DNA of 64,000 nt from Camelus ferus. Its lineage: Eukaryota. The stretch is taken from contig NC_045698.1 in NCBI RefSeq assembly GCF_009834535.1, positions 4,962,001 to 5,026,000 of the forward strand, given 5' to 3'. Shown piece after piece: positions 23,115 to 35,970 of this stretch. Within the stretch, counting starts at the first letter, position 1, and each line of letters starts with the position of its first letter. Under the pieces are notes generated by a model that worked only from the letters and a program-made list of their open reading frames with translations, was not told the origin of the DNA and searched no databases. Made by a program: the position numbers and the translations under genes.

Positions 23115-23895
23115 GTTTTGAACAACACTATGAACCAACTAGACCTAATTAATTTTTATAAAACAATAACATCAGCAGAATACACATTCTTCTCAATTAA
23201 ACATGAGAACTTACAAAGATACACAGACGTTTTGACTATAAAATGCCTCAATAAATTTAAAAAGATCCAAGTCATAAAAAATATGTTCTCTGACCACAGC
23301 AGAAATAAATTAATAATTAGTAACATGAAAATTTTCCAAAATATTTGAAATTTAAATAACACAATTCAAGATAGTTCCAAGAAGTCAGAAGGGAAATTAG
23401 AAAGTATATTAATCTGAATGGGAAGAAAAACATAACACACCAAAATTTGTGACATGCCACTAAAGAAGCGCTAAGAGGAAAATGTAGAGCAATAAATGCC
23501 TATATTAGAAAAAAAAAAAGGTCTCAAATCAATGTCGCTAAAGGGTAGTTCTTTAATAAGATCAACAAAGTTGATAAGCTTCTAGCCAGACACATGGCGG
23601 GGGGAGGGGAGGCGGCAGAGACAGAGACAGTAGGCAGACAGTGAGGAACGCCGCCATCAGGCACCCCTGCAATGTTAACGTGATGGACTGACCACCTTAC
23701 GCTTAGAACTCCATCCACTTGGTCACAGTAAACAAGTTCCCTGGGAGATTAACTGAAATTTATTGAGAAGAAATAAATAAATCACCTGACTAGTCCTATG
23801 TCTTTTGAAGACATTGAATTTGTTCTTTAAAAACCTTTCCAAAAAGAAAATTCCAAACCCCCATGGCTTAATTGGTGAAATGTAGCTAAGATTTA
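23115..23895 (+). mobile_element. Old L1 ORF2 fragment (endonuclease end and linker)
   Basis: ORF 23118-23348 (NQLDLINFYKT...AEYTFFS...IQVIKNMFSDHSRNKLII) is L1 endonuclease C-terminal homology. Confidence 0.88.
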
Positions 23896-23967
23896 GAAAC
23901 TGTGGAAAACCATATGGGGTCTACAGATACAGTTAGCAGATGTATTATGTGCAGTTCCGTAAGGTAG

Positions 23968-24439
23968 TGAAACCGAGCAGTGCCCTATGGGGCCTCCCAG
24001 GGACAGCCTGCCACGAACCCTCTGCTGTAGCTCCTCTCCGACGTCCCTAGACCTTAGCGCCCGGTGCGCACATCCTGAGCTGTCTCACAGCTGCTGAGAG
24101 CACCGTCTCATGGAGGACGTTAGCTACTTGGTGATCACCAGCCCCAGACCTACTGGCGCCCCAGGACTGGTGATGTTAATCGCCCTGTGATCACACCATC
24201 AACCAATCAGAGAGTTGTGCACACACTGATCACGTACCCTGTGACCACCCCACCACCACCACCACCTGGTCTCTAAAAATGCTTTGCTGAAACCCTTCAG
24301 GGAGTTTGGGGTCTGGGGGCACACACTACCCAATCTCTTTGCTCAGCCCTGCAATAAACATTTCTTTGCTCCAGACTCCAAAAGCTCAGTTTGTTCATCC
24401 TCACTGTGTGACGGGCACACAAACTTGCATTCCGTAACC
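23968..24439 (+). mobile_element. ERV1-type solo LTR
   Basis: TG start, CCAAT, aataaa near 24353, end ttccgtaac, and near-TSD gtag/gcag. Homologous to the reverse complement of 63101-63556. Confidence 0.85.
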
Positions 24440-24678
24440 GCAGCAGCAGAATGAAGAAATACGAGAAAAGCAACAGTATTTCTGGATGCTAACAAAAATG
24501 TACACATTAAAATAAGATTTAAAATACCTCTAATAGTATCAAAAATATGAAATACCTAAGCAAAAATCTGACTAAAGTTGTTCAAGACTTGTGCGGTGAA
24601 AACTGTAAAACAGGGTTGAGAGAAGTTCAAGAAACCCTAAATAAGAGGAGAGGTGTGCCCTATGTGTGGGTGGGCGAC

Positions 24679-25198
24679 TGTGGGAGCTGATCCGGGAAAA
24701 AGCTGCGACCAGGAGAGGCGGGAACACACGACCAGCTTTACTGTGCATGCTTGGACAGGGCTGTGTGACGAGGAGCCCCTCCCAGCATGAAACCACTCAC
24801 AAGTGTACGACTGTGGGACCACCATCCAGAGGAGGGAAGGGCAAGGGAACTCCTGGGGGAGAGAGGGTCAGGCTCACTGGTCTAAGTGACGGCACCCAGC
24901 AGCACAGCAGGGAGTCTCTGGGACAAGCTTGGAAGGGTACCTGTCTCTTGAGGTCTTATGTCTACAAGGCTCTGCCTTCCAATGGCCAACAGATGTGACG
25001 TGAGGTTTCATCAGGTATGCAAAGCAGACAGGCTCTAAATGGCTTGCTTGATCTTTTGGGCTATTTTTAAATAATAGGTTGTGTGAAAATTTGAGTTTGG
25101 TGATGCAGGGTTTTTGAGCTAACACGTCTCAGCCTGCAGTGAAGAAATAAACAACCTGGGGTCAAAACAAAGGAGGTCATTTTTGGCTCATTTATAAA
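24679..25198 (-). mobile_element. ERVL solo LTR (MER54/MER73/MER74-like)
   Basis: atgcaaagcagacaggctctaaatggc...aaaatttgagtttggtg...gggtttttgagctaa. Homologous to the reverse complement of 55745-56262. Confidence 0.75.
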
Positions 25199-26585
25199 AT
25201 TAGACTCAAGATGATGAAAATGTGTATCATCCCAAATTATTCTATAAATTCATCACAGTCCCCATAAAAATTCCAACAGCTTATTGTAGAAATTGTCAAC
25301 CTGATTACAAAATTCATAGGGAAACACAAATTTTGAACATTGATAACAAATGTGAACAAGAGAAAACAAGGTTAGAGGCCTTGAATCCCCTTACTTCAAA
25401 CTAACGTAACAGTATTTGTGCAAATATTGAAAAGCAGATCAATGGAACAGAATAGAGCACAGAAATAGATCCATGCATATGTGTAATAAATACATAAAAT
25501 TACATACATAGAATATATTTTATGATTATATATACACATTTGATCTTGGGAAAACGTGCAAGAGTAATTGAGTAGGGAAAGAAAAAAACCTTTTTAACAA
25601 ATGATGGTGGAATAATTGTATATCTATATGCAAACAACTAACCTCAATCCATCCCTCACCACACACACAAAAATTAACTCAAAATAAATCACAGACCTCT
25701 CTAAAATGTAAAATCTTAAACTCTAAAACTTCTAGAAGAAAACATTGGAGAAAATTTCTATGACTTTGGGTTAGACAAATTTCTTGTATTCAAAAGCCTG
25801 ATACCAAAAAGAAAAAAAATTTGATACATTAACAACCTCTGCCTTAAAGAAAAAACTTTTTTGAAAAAGCAATAAAATGCAAGAATCAGATTGGAAGAAA
25901 ATATTTGCAAATTATGTATCTGGAAAGATTTATATTCAGAATGTACAAAGAACTCTCAAAATTCAATGGGAAAATAAATAATACAAATGGACCAGAGTAT
26001 TGAATAAACATTTCACCAAAGAATGCGTACAGATGAAAAATAAGCATGTGAAGAAACGTGTCATCATTAGTCATTAGGGAAATGCCAATCAAAATCAGGA
26101 CATATCAGTAAAAACGTATCAGAATGGCTAAGTACTGACCATTCCCATTGTAACTAAGGAGGTGAAGGAAGTTAAACCCCCATGTGTTGCTGTTTGCGGC
26201 GTTAGGCAGTGCAACCACTTTGGTAAACAGTTTGTCAGTTCCTTAAAAAGTTAAACATACACCAGTTGGATGATCCGGATAATTCACTCCCAGGTGTTTG
26301 TCCAAGGAATGCCCATACCCATGAGAGACTTACACATGAATGCTTGTAGCAGTGCTGTGTGTAACAGCTCCAAACTGCAAACAGTCAAAACATGTGAGCG
26401 GATACACAGATTGTGCTGTAGCCATGCAATGGAATACTGCTTATCAAATTTTAAAAATCGACTGCCAATACACGTAGCAACATGAATGAACTTCACAGTA
26501 ATTATGTCAAGTGAAAAAAAGTTGAGAAAAAATTACATGGTATATCATTCAATTTGTATAAAATTCTAGAAAATGTACACTAGTT

Positions 26586-26720
26586 GCTGTGGTCTGAATG
26601 TCTGTGTACTCCCGAAACTCGAAACTTGTATGTGGTAAGTGTAATGGCCCAGGTGATGGTACTGGGAGGGGGCTCTTTGGGAGGTGATTGGGCCATGAAT
26701 GGGATGAGTGCCCTGTGTCT
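26586..26720 (+). mobile_element. MLT1A-like MaLR LTR 5' fragment
   Basis: tgctgtggtctgaatgtctgtgt...gtgatggtactgggagggggctctttgggaggtgattgggccatga. Confidence 0.75.
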
Positions 26721-26914
26721 GAGATGGAGGCTGGAGAGGAAGCCATGGGCGAGGAATTACAAAGGGGCGTGAAGGAGGCCTGGGGCAACTGCTACGTTCA
26801 TTGTATGGATGGCAGTGATGCCTCAATGGGTTTTATTGAAAAGATACCCTTTAAATACTCAGTTTATTTGTATGTCAATTTTGCCTCAATAAAGTTGTTC
26901 TTCAAAATCCTGTA

Positions 26915-28345
26915 TCTTCATTGATTTTTGCTCAGTTATGTTATACACACATGCATAAATCTTTGTGAAGGTAGGATGCGAAACTCTTCAACTATGACCG
27001 TTGACTTTCGTGTCCTTTCATTCTTCTACCATTTGCTTCTGTGCTTTGAAGTGATGTATTAAGCAGATGCATATTTAGGATTATTCTGTCTTCCGGTTGA
27101 ATTGGCTGTTCTCTCACTATGAAATGTTCCTCATTTATACTACTTGTCTTAAAGCCTGCCTGATACTAACAGAGCCTCGGTGGCTGGGCAGCCGTCTAAC
27201 GGTGTATGCTTTTCATGTCTTTAACTTTCAGCCTATGTTCTTACACACAAACTGTATCTCCTGTGAACATCACATAGTTTGATCTGCATTTTTTGTTCAG
27301 TCTAAAGTATGCCTTATACCTGGACTGTTTAGTCATTCACATTAAACTTAATTCCTAATACGGTTAAATTTCTCTTTGTTTTCTAAGTGTCTCATGGCTT
27401 CTCTGTTCTGATTTTTTTCCCTTCCAGTTAATAAAATACCTGTACAATTTTATTTGAGCTCTTCTTTTTTTTTTTTGCATTGTTATTGTAGTGGATAATT
27501 TAGAGGTGACAGCATCTGCCCTTAACGCCTCACATCTTTCTCGAGTCAGTACTTTACCTCTGAAGGACAACATGAAAACCTTACAGCCGTGCAAGTCAAC
27601 TCACCTCTCCTACATTTACTGCAAGGGGTGTCGTGTATTCTATTTTTATGTTTACTTTAAATCTCAAATATATGCTGTTATTAGTGTACCTGTAATAAGT
27701 CTCTTTTCCTTTTGTGGAGACACAACTGTCTGTTTTCCCGTGTTCTTCATTCCTTTCTGAGATCCTGTGTTTCTGTACCACGTGTTTCTTTCAGCTGGTA
27801 GGGAGGAGTCTCCTTATGATTTCTTAGAGTGCTGGCCTGCTGGTGACAATGGCTCGCAGCTTCGATTTATCTGATAATGTCTTGATAATAGCTTTTTCTA
27901 AGGAGGTACTGGGGATTGAACCCAGGACCTTGTGCATGCTAAGCACGGGCCCTACCACTGAGCTAACCCTGCCGCATGGTAATGTCTTTATTTTGCCCTC
28001 ATGTCTAAGGATATTTTATCAAGGTACAGAAGTGTGGATGCTGTTTCTTAAACTTTAGAGATGATTCCTGTTGGAAATACATCTACCATTCTGATTCTTG
28101 CTTCTCTGAGAATGATACAGCTTTTTCTCTGGCTCCTTTTAAGGGTTCCCTTTCAGTTTTGCTTTTAATCTGTGTGTCTATGCTGTACCTTGGTGAGGCT
28201 GGCTTTGTATTCATCTTCCCTGGGTTTTTCTGAAGTCTTTGAATATATGGATTAATGTCTTTCAACAGTTTTGCATAATTCCCATCTTTCTTTAAATATT
28301 GTTTCTGCTCCATTCTTCTTATCCTCTCTTTCTGGGATTCCAATG
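26915..28345 (-). mobile_element. Ancient L1ME-type fragment (ORF1 and inter-ORF region)
   Basis: ORF 28083-28343 (MESQKERIRRMEQKQYLK...LLKDINPYIQRLQKNPGKMNTK) resembles degraded L1 ORF1. Confidence 0.7.
27892..27972 (-). mobile_element. Camelid tRNA-derived SINE
   Basis: gaggtactggggattgaacccaggaccttgtgcatgctaagcac...ccactgagcta, flanked by taatgtctt repeats. Confidence 0.88.
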
Positions 28346-28359
28346 AATTAAATGTCTTT

Positions 28360-29001
28360 TTTTTTTAATTGAAGTGCAGTCAATTACAATATGTCAATCT
28401 CTGGTGTACAGCACAGTGTTCCAGTCTTGCATACATACATATATTCATTTTCATATTTTTTCCACTAAAGGTTATTACAAGATATTGAGCATAGTCCCCT
28501 GTGCTATACAAAAGAAACTTTTGTAAATTTGTTTTTATATATAGGAGCTAACATCTGTAAATATCAAACTCCCAAATTTATCCCCTCCCACTCCCTTTCC
28601 CTGGTAACCATAAGATTGTTTACTAAGTCTGAGTGTCTGTTTCTGTTTTGTAGATAAGTTCATAGTGTCCTTTTTTTTTTATGATTCCACATATAAGCAA
28701 CCTCACTTGGTATTTTTCTTTCTCTTTCTGGCTTACTTCACTTAGAATGACATTCTCCAGGGCCATCCATGTTGCTGCAAATGGCCTTATTTTATTCTTT
28801 CCTACGGCAGAGTAGTATTCCATTGTGTAAATATACCACAACTTCTTTATCTGGTCATCCGTTGATGGACATTGAGGTTGCTTCCATGTCTTGGCTACTG
28901 TATATAGTGCTGCTGTGAACATTGGGGTGCATGTGTCTTTTCACATTAGAGTTCCCTCTGGATATACACGTGGAAGTGGGATTGCTGGATCATATGGTAA
29001 G
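28360..29001 (-). mobile_element. Young camelid L1 3' end with TSD
   Basis: ORF2 C-terminus MFTAALYTVAKTWKQPQCP..., poly(T), and TSD taaatgtcttt at 28349-28359 and 29002-29012. Confidence 0.93.
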
Positions 29002-29218
29002 TAAATGTCTTTAACGTATATTTCTGTGGTGTTCATAATATATATGTTTTCATTTAGTCATGGCGGGAGATGTGGTCACCACAATATTCTAGCCCCTGAC
29101 CAAAAGTGCACATCCTTTTCATACAAAGCCTAGTCAGCTCTTATCTTGTTTACTTCCCTAATACCCCAGCTGAGCAGACCAGTTTGGATAATCCCTTTCA
29201 AATGTTAACCCTTAGGGG

Positions 29219-29338
29219 TTTGTTTGTTTTTGTTTTTTTTTAGGGGGGGTGGGTAATTTGGTTTATTTAATTATTTTTTAAATGGAGGTACTGGGGATTG
29301 CTAAGCATGCGCTCCACCCCTGAGCTATTACCTCCCCT
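29219..29338 (-). mobile_element. Camelid SINE with internal deletion
   Basis: ggaggtactggggattg|ctaagcatgcgctcc..ctgagcta lacks the aacccaggaccttgtgcat segment. Tail matches the 58116 copy. Confidence 0.85.
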
Positions 29339-30289
29339 CTAAGGTTTTTTTATTAGTACTTTGAGAAGATTGCTAAGATCAGCAGAATGATGCCAAGTGC
29401 CTCTCTGTCTGTTCTAGAATGTACTGAAAGCAACCAGGAGTAAACTTCTTTGAACATATTACTAAGTTTGCACTGTTCAAATAATTCTAAAATGGACTTC
29501 AGAATTCTGAGGAGGAAGCAAAATATTGTCAATTACCCATTTCACGGTCAGTCAGGTTGGCATGTTCGTAATATATCATAATAGCACAGAGTCATTAAAA
29601 AATACGATATCTTTTTGATGCAACTCAGATACTATAAAATGAGAACTGTCTGAAAATATTTGAAACAAGCTCCAGGTGTATTGTTTTGGAGATATTATTG
29701 TGTCTATATTTTCCATTACTAAGCAAATAGTCCATTGTATCATTGATATTGAACTTCCTTAGAAAATGTTCTTGTGTAAGCAGAACATCTAAGCAACACT
29801 ATCAAAGCAGAAAAATACTATATATTGCAAAGTCTCATTTTCAGGAAAAACTCCTGTTAAAACTTGTCCATTTTTCTTTGTATTTTAATGTGTTTTTCCC
29901 TGTAATTATCTGTTGCTTTTATAGGCAGGAAAAAATAGCAAGAGTTTTTCCCTCATCAGTTTAGTAACTGCGTTTTTTTTTTCCCCTAATTACATACAAA
30001 GATGAGAGTCCCATGATATGAAAGCTAAGAGTTCAAAAGTTCTCTTTCCTTTAAATTATTACTTTTGAATGACTGTGATTAGGCTGATGTGTGTCTTTAC
30101 CACAATGAAAATCCTTTGAACTGTGTGCAGGTCGGGTGTTATTTGTAGGAATATAATGGTGTTTTCAGTCATATGATTTCAGAAGTAAGTAGATACTGAA
30201 TACAAAATGCAAGAATTTCCATAAATGTGATCATTTTAAAGAATGACATTTATGGTGTGCTGTTTTTTTCTCACGGCCAATGTAGTGTG

Positions 30290-30625
30290 CTTCTAATGCA
30301 AGAAAGTTCAAAAATGGGAAAGGCACAAAGGAAATACAGATGACAAAAACCATCTATAACGCCACCACCCGAAGGTACTCTCCGTCGATGCTGCGGTATG
30401 TATCTTTGCAGGGTGTACGAACACAGACATGCACGTATTTTCGACGTCTTGCTCTGCATCTCACTTTATAGCTTGCTTTTTTCTCCCTTCGCAGTTTATC
30501 AGGAGCATTTTCCCACGGCAACAAGTCTTTTTGTATTTGTAATGAGTGTTTTGAAACTCATCATATTCACATAGCACATTTGTTTAACCGATTTCTTATC
30601 TTGGAACATTACATTTTGGCTATGA
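30290..30625 (-). mobile_element. Ancient L1ME 3'UTR fragment
   Basis: agaaagttcaaaaat...cttgcttttttct...agcacatttgtttaacc...ttggaacatt. Confidence 0.55.
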
Positions 30626-30796
30626 TAGAATCAAACGTTCCTTTATTTAAGTACCCAAACTAAAATTGTTGATTAGACAAAGTTAAGAGCATATTTTTAA
30701 TAATTACGCATAAAACTAATAGTCTCCTTTGTGACGATGATCAACAGCACCCATAACAAAGCCAAAAAAAAAAAAAGTTGATTTAAAAACCTAAGC

Positions 30797-30995
30797 CAGT
30801 GGATCTCCCCTGGGGACGATCTTGGTTTCCAGAGGACAGCTGGCACTGATGGAGGCAGCTCTGACCGTTGTGCCTGGAGGGACGCTGCTGCATCTAGGGA
30901 GTCGAGGAAGGGATCGCTGCTCAGCCTCAACCCTGCGCAGGACAGACTCTCACAACCGGGAACGACTGTCTCCAGGACGTCAGTAGGTCATGAAA
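30797..30995 (+). mobile_element. MER20 hAT-Charlie MITE (GC-shifted)
   Basis: cagtggatctc...gcatctagggagtcgaggaagggatcgctgctcagc...gcaggacag...cacaac. Confidence 0.7.
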
Positions 30996-31519
30996 TTACA
31001 CCTCGTCCACATCTAGAGAGAGTTTTCATGTCCCTGCGATGGCATGAAATAGGACCCATGCTGCTCTCAGGCAGTCACAACTGCCAGAAATGCCCCACCA
31101 GTTTACTCAACCCTGATCCACACCAGCAGGAGAGGAGTGGTTAATAGCGATGGGGAGCAGGGGTGCAGTTCTGCAAAGAAAGAGAAGCCCATAGAGGCAA
31201 CTTGTCATTTGGGGCTGATGGAGAATCACTTCTCGAAAGCTCTTCGCTGAGTAGATGCTGTGAGAGTCGTGTCCCCACACAGCACAACACTGGAAGGGAA
31301 GATGAGATGGGAAACCAAACTTAAAATTCTTTCAATTCAACGTGATTTAGACTTAACAAGATTTCATTGCTGTGGCTGTTGAATTTAAGTATTTACAATC
31401 CCCATCACATACCACCATCACCATATGTGCTGAAAATCAGCTGGTTCTGGGACGTGGAGGTGTTCTAACCAAGAGTTTTAAAGATTGAAATTTCATGCAA
31501 ATGTTACTGCTTTTTTTCC

Positions 31520-32140
31520 CCCTGGTTTTCTGTCTAGGCCACGCTTCTCCTTTTATTCTCAACATCCAAATCGTTTCCTCCATCTGCATGGATTGTGTGT
31601 CCCATAATCACACAAACCCAGTTCAAACCATTCCCCCTTGTCTTCTCAAGCAGTTAATAACTTACTATCATTGCTTCCCTTCCAATTTAATTCTCCACAC
31701 AAAAACTAGAATGATCATTTTCAAATGCAGATAAGAAGATGTTATGTCTCTGCCTGAAACACCCAGACATTCCACCCGTTGCTCCCATGGAATAGCAACC
31801 AAGAATCAGCGTGGCCTGCTGCGTCCCCGGTGGCCTGCGCGTCCCCGGTGGCCTGCGCGTCCCCGGCGATCTGCTCTCTGCGTGTGTCTGCAGTACCGTA
31901 TCCTGCTGCTTTCCCTCTGGGCTTCTGCCACCAGGTCCTTGCTCTGCTCCTCACAAAAAGTGTCCCTCCTCCCTGCCACCAGACATTCACACACATTATT
32001 GGTTCCCATACACTTGGCTTGCTGCTCATTAAATTCCTATATTTCATTCTTCAGATAAACCATCCCTGACATGCTGTCCCATCGGGTTATGGCTCTTTGT
32101 TATACGCGCTTCTACGACAGACTTCATTTCTGCACGTCAG
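31520..32140 (+). mobile_element. L2 fragment
   Basis: attctccacacaaaaactagaatgatcattttcaaatgcagat...ctctgcctgaaacacc are L2 motifs. Confidence 0.65.
31811..31865. repeat. 18-bp GC-rich tandem repeat x3 (gtggcctgcgcgtccccg)
   Basis: Read directly. The first unit has a 1-nt insertion. Confidence 0.92.
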
Positions 32141-32374
32141 ATGTCTATTTTGTAATATGCACTTATTAGAATGATGAGAAGCATTTATGTAATTTATAAA
32201 GCAAACAACTCTGACTGGTAACAGTTGACCATAAAGTTTCTAGAGAAAATTATCTCTTGATGCTGCAGAATCCTGGGGTGTCTACCAAGAATTTATCTGC
32301 CTTCTAAGTATGCCAGAGTGTTTAATTTTGAAACTTAAAAAAAAAAACTTTTAACAAAAGAGTAACTACGTAGC

Positions 32375-32635
32375 TAGGGGGCGTCTCAGGGAACTGTGAC
32401 ACAGCAGCACCCTTTGATTGTTAGTCTTTATTCCTGTTTAGAGAATCAGAAAATAATCTATCTGGAATTCATTAAAATAACATCCTAGTTAAACATTTAA
32501 CGAGTTATAGTTTAGTATTACCCCTGTGGCGTTTTGAGTTTAACATCAAAGGGTTTTTGAGCTAACTGTCTCAGTCTGCCACGAAGAAACAACATACAGC
32601 CAAAATATAAAGGCCTTCTTTAGCTCATGTATTTA
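32375..32635 (-). mobile_element. Fragment of the MER54/74-like ERVL LTR
   Basis: ttttgagttt...gggtttttgagctaactgtctcagtctgcc..gaagaaacaac matches 25090-25195. Confidence 0.65.
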
Positions 32636-32689
32636 AAAGCCAGCTCTATAAATATGTCCTTTCTTTTTTCCCCTCTGCTTCTTTAAAAG

Positions 32690-34350
32690 AGAGAAAATTA
32701 TAGAGTAGTAATTATAATACTGTACAGTCAGGTTTATAATACCCTAAGAAGTAATGTATATAATAGTAATAGCACATGAAATGAGGAGAGAGCATTTATG
32801 TCTATACATGTCTTCCTGGAATTTAGTTTGTATAAATCTGAAGTAGATTCTGATAAGTAAACCATTGAATAATCACTAAGATAACTCAAATAATATGGTA
32901 AAAAATAATCATTAAAGCAATCAAATATTGCTCTAAAAACGTTCACTTAATTCAAAAGAAAGCAGTAAATGAGGAACAGAGGAACAGAAAAGCACTTGAC
33001 ATACAGAAAACAAAAAGTAAAGTGGCAAACACAATTTGAACAATATCAACAATAACATAAAATGTGAATGAATGAAAAAATCAAAGCAAAAGGCAGAGAT
33101 TGTAATATCATATGGGGTTTAAAAATAAGGTCCAAGAGTATACTGTCTACAGGAGACACACTTTAATTCAAAAATACAAGTAGGTTGAAAGCAAAAGGAT
33201 AGAAAAAAGATGTACCAGATAAACAGCAACCATAAGAACGCTGAAGTATCAAAGAAAATAAATATTAAACAAATCAAGAAAAATGTTACTAGAGATAAAA
33301 GACTTTTTATAATGATAAAAGCATCGAGTCCATCAAGAAACTCTAACTATGGTAAACATATGTGCACATAACTGCAAAGCTGCTGGAACACATGGAGCAA
33401 AAACTGACAAAATTGAGGGGAGAAACAGACAATTCAACAATAATAGCTGGAAACTTTAACATCTCACTCTCAGTGATAGGATAGAAAAAAACAGGCTGAA
33501 GATCACAAGGAAACTAGAAGAACACTAAAAACCAAATGGATACAACCAACATGTATATATAGCATTCCACCTGTGAGCTGCAAAATAAACAATGTTTTTA
33601 GGTCATATGGAAGATTTTCCAGGATAGACCATTTGAAAGCCATAAAACAAGTTAAATAAATGTATAAGATCAAAGTCACACAAAATGTAATAATCCAACC
33701 ACAATGAAATGATACTAGAAATCAGTAACACAAAGGCTCTCTGAAAGTTCATGTCATGTGAAAATTCCAACAGCAGGCAGTTAAATACCAATGGAATCAA
33801 AGAGGAAACCACTAGATAAATTGGAAAATACTTTAACCTGAATGAAAATGAAGACCCAACACACCGAATGTGTGGGGGGCGGTGAGAGTGGCACTTAGGG
33901 TGAGACGTACAGCTGGGAACCCCTGTATTTTAAAAAAAAAGAAGAAAAATCTCATATCATTAGCAAATATTTTATCTTATAACACTACAAAAAACAAAAC
34001 AAAACAAAACAACAACAAAAAACTATACCAGGGAGAGGAAGGAAATATTGAAGATTAGAGTGGAAATTAGTGAAATAGCACAAAAACAAAACTAATGAAA
34101 GAAAAAATCTGGCTCTTTGGAAAAAATCAGCAAATTGACAAGCCTTTAGTTAGAGCAACCAGGAAGAAAAGAGAACTCAAACACTAAAATCAGGGTTGGA
34201 AGAGCAGGGGAATCATTTCCAACCTTACAGAAATAAAGATTTGGGAGGAAAAACTACAAACAGCAGAAAGCCAGCAAGTTAGGTTAACACGACGAAACGG
34301 ACGAAACACCAGAAAGACGCAAACTACTGAAACTGGCTTGAGAAAGATTT
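32690..34350 (+). mobile_element. Old L1 inter-ORF and endonuclease region
   Basis: tactgtctacaggagacacac, ggagaaacagacaattcaacaataatagctggaaactttaac, gcaaattgacaagcctttagttag. Confidence 0.88.
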
Positions 34351-35424
34351 TTAAATGTCCTGCAAAAAAGATTGACTTGCTAGTTCTCTGCACTCAGTTT
34401 TCCAAAGCTAAGTCATTCTCTGGCTATGCCTCTTACTTACTTCACGGTCTTGTTTTTTTTAAATCAACTCTCTCACTTTAATAAATGTATGTTCCAATGA
34501 AATTTTGTCACTACCAGAAACAGAAAGCCAGTGTCACTTGTTCTATAAACACAGTAAATGTAAAAATAGTAAGACAGAAGTAAAGGAGTGTGATCCAGTT
34601 CTCTCATGTGCTCCTGCCTCCTGCAGACATAGCTGAGACCCACCCTCCCCATCACAGCACAGACCAGCCCGGCTCCCTCAGCGTCCTCTCCAGCCAACTG
34701 CGGGACGCGTGCCAGGGTCTGCAAAGCTCAAGCGGCCGTCCCTTCTCAATCACGTGGCTGGAAGAAAAGAAATCTCAGATCAAAAGGGGCTCTTCCCCAA
34801 AGAGTTAGTCATGATGAGAAGGTAAATCTAATAGCATCCACTGGAAAGACTAAATGCTGTGCAGATAAAACCAGGAGGGTTGGATTATTCTCCTCTGGCC
34901 GCAGCTCCAGTTTGCTGTGGTGCCTCCTCCCATAAACTCTGAACCCAGACGCGGTTCAGCCCCTGCAGTTGCAGTTTGACTTGGCAGATTTGGAGACAGA
35001 GGCTGCTGCTGCTGGGATAACAGGAGAAGAGAACTGACCAGTCACGGCTGAATCAAACGCTGAAGATCTCGACTGTCTCCTAGAGATGCAGGAGGGGTAA
35101 TGACGGAAGGAGAAAGATCCTAGGGGAAGAGAGATTGTGCTCTGTACATTCTCCCCACAAAATCACATTTGCTGATAACGCAGGCTGGTAAGTTAGTAAG
35201 ACCCTGAAAGAACATGAGGCCGATCTGAAGGCAAACTTGGAGATAAAACTAAGACGGAAGGTCCTATCAGGCGAACGGAGGCAGAGTTCCTGTGGGGGAG
35301 CCTTGTTTTCCGTTCAGGGAATGAATTCTAGGTCACCAGCTGGTGGCCGTGCAAGGTGAAAAGGTGTCAGGCACATGCCCAACAGTGCTGCTCAGTGGGG
35401 GCAGAGCTCTCTTTGTTGGCACTC

Positions 35425-35970
35425 TGATAGGGGGTCAACTGTGTGTCCCCAGAAGGTATGTTGAAGTTCTAATCCAGTGTCCAAATGAAACTTGGGGTGT
35501 GTCCCACTGGGGAAATAATAGAGTTTACATAAGAAGGAGGCACAAAGGGATGCCTGGTGGCCATCAGAGTAAACTCTCTGGAGAGCACTGGCGTCCGTCA
35601 CCATCCAGCTCCCCTCTTATTTTGAGCACAGAACCACACCCCATCTCTCAGCCTCCCTTGGAGTCTGGTGTGACCATGTGACTAAGCTCTGGGCAACGGA
35701 GCGTGAGCAGTGCTGTGTACCGCCTTCATCCAGAGCATCAGAACCCCTCACTCGTGCCCCTCCACGCTCCTTCCCCCTTCTGAGGGGCATGACATGAACA
35801 CGACAGCCTTAGAGGCGCTGAGTTGAAAACTGCAGTGTTTGCCAGCCGACGCTCCTGAACAACGTTTAGACAGGTGCTCTCCGTGGCCCAGAAATAACAG
35901 CTCTGGGCTACTATATGAGAAAAGCGTGTGTTTCAGCCACTGCACAGCTCACTCCCTGCTTGTCACGGCC
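35425..35970 (+). mobile_element. MaLR LTR pieces (MLT1B/C 5' fragment, then MLT1J-like)
   Basis: gtcaactgtgtgtccccagaaggtatgttgaagttctaatcc; cagcctcccttggagtctggtgtgaccatgtgactaagctctgg. Confidence 0.65.

Larger units (their letters stand above)
23900..26900 (+). mobile_element. Old L1 (L1MB/MC-like) ORF2 3' half and 3'UTR, interrupted by three LTR pieces
   Basis: ORF 25222-25404 (PKLFYKFITVPIKIPT), gatcaatggaacagaatagag, gcaaccactttgg, tatgtcaattttgcctcaataaagttg. Confidence 0.88.

Noticed and set aside
31811..31865. Short direct repeats as a CRISPR-like array
   Set aside because: Head-to-tail units have no spacers, the context is eukaryotic, and there are no cas genes.
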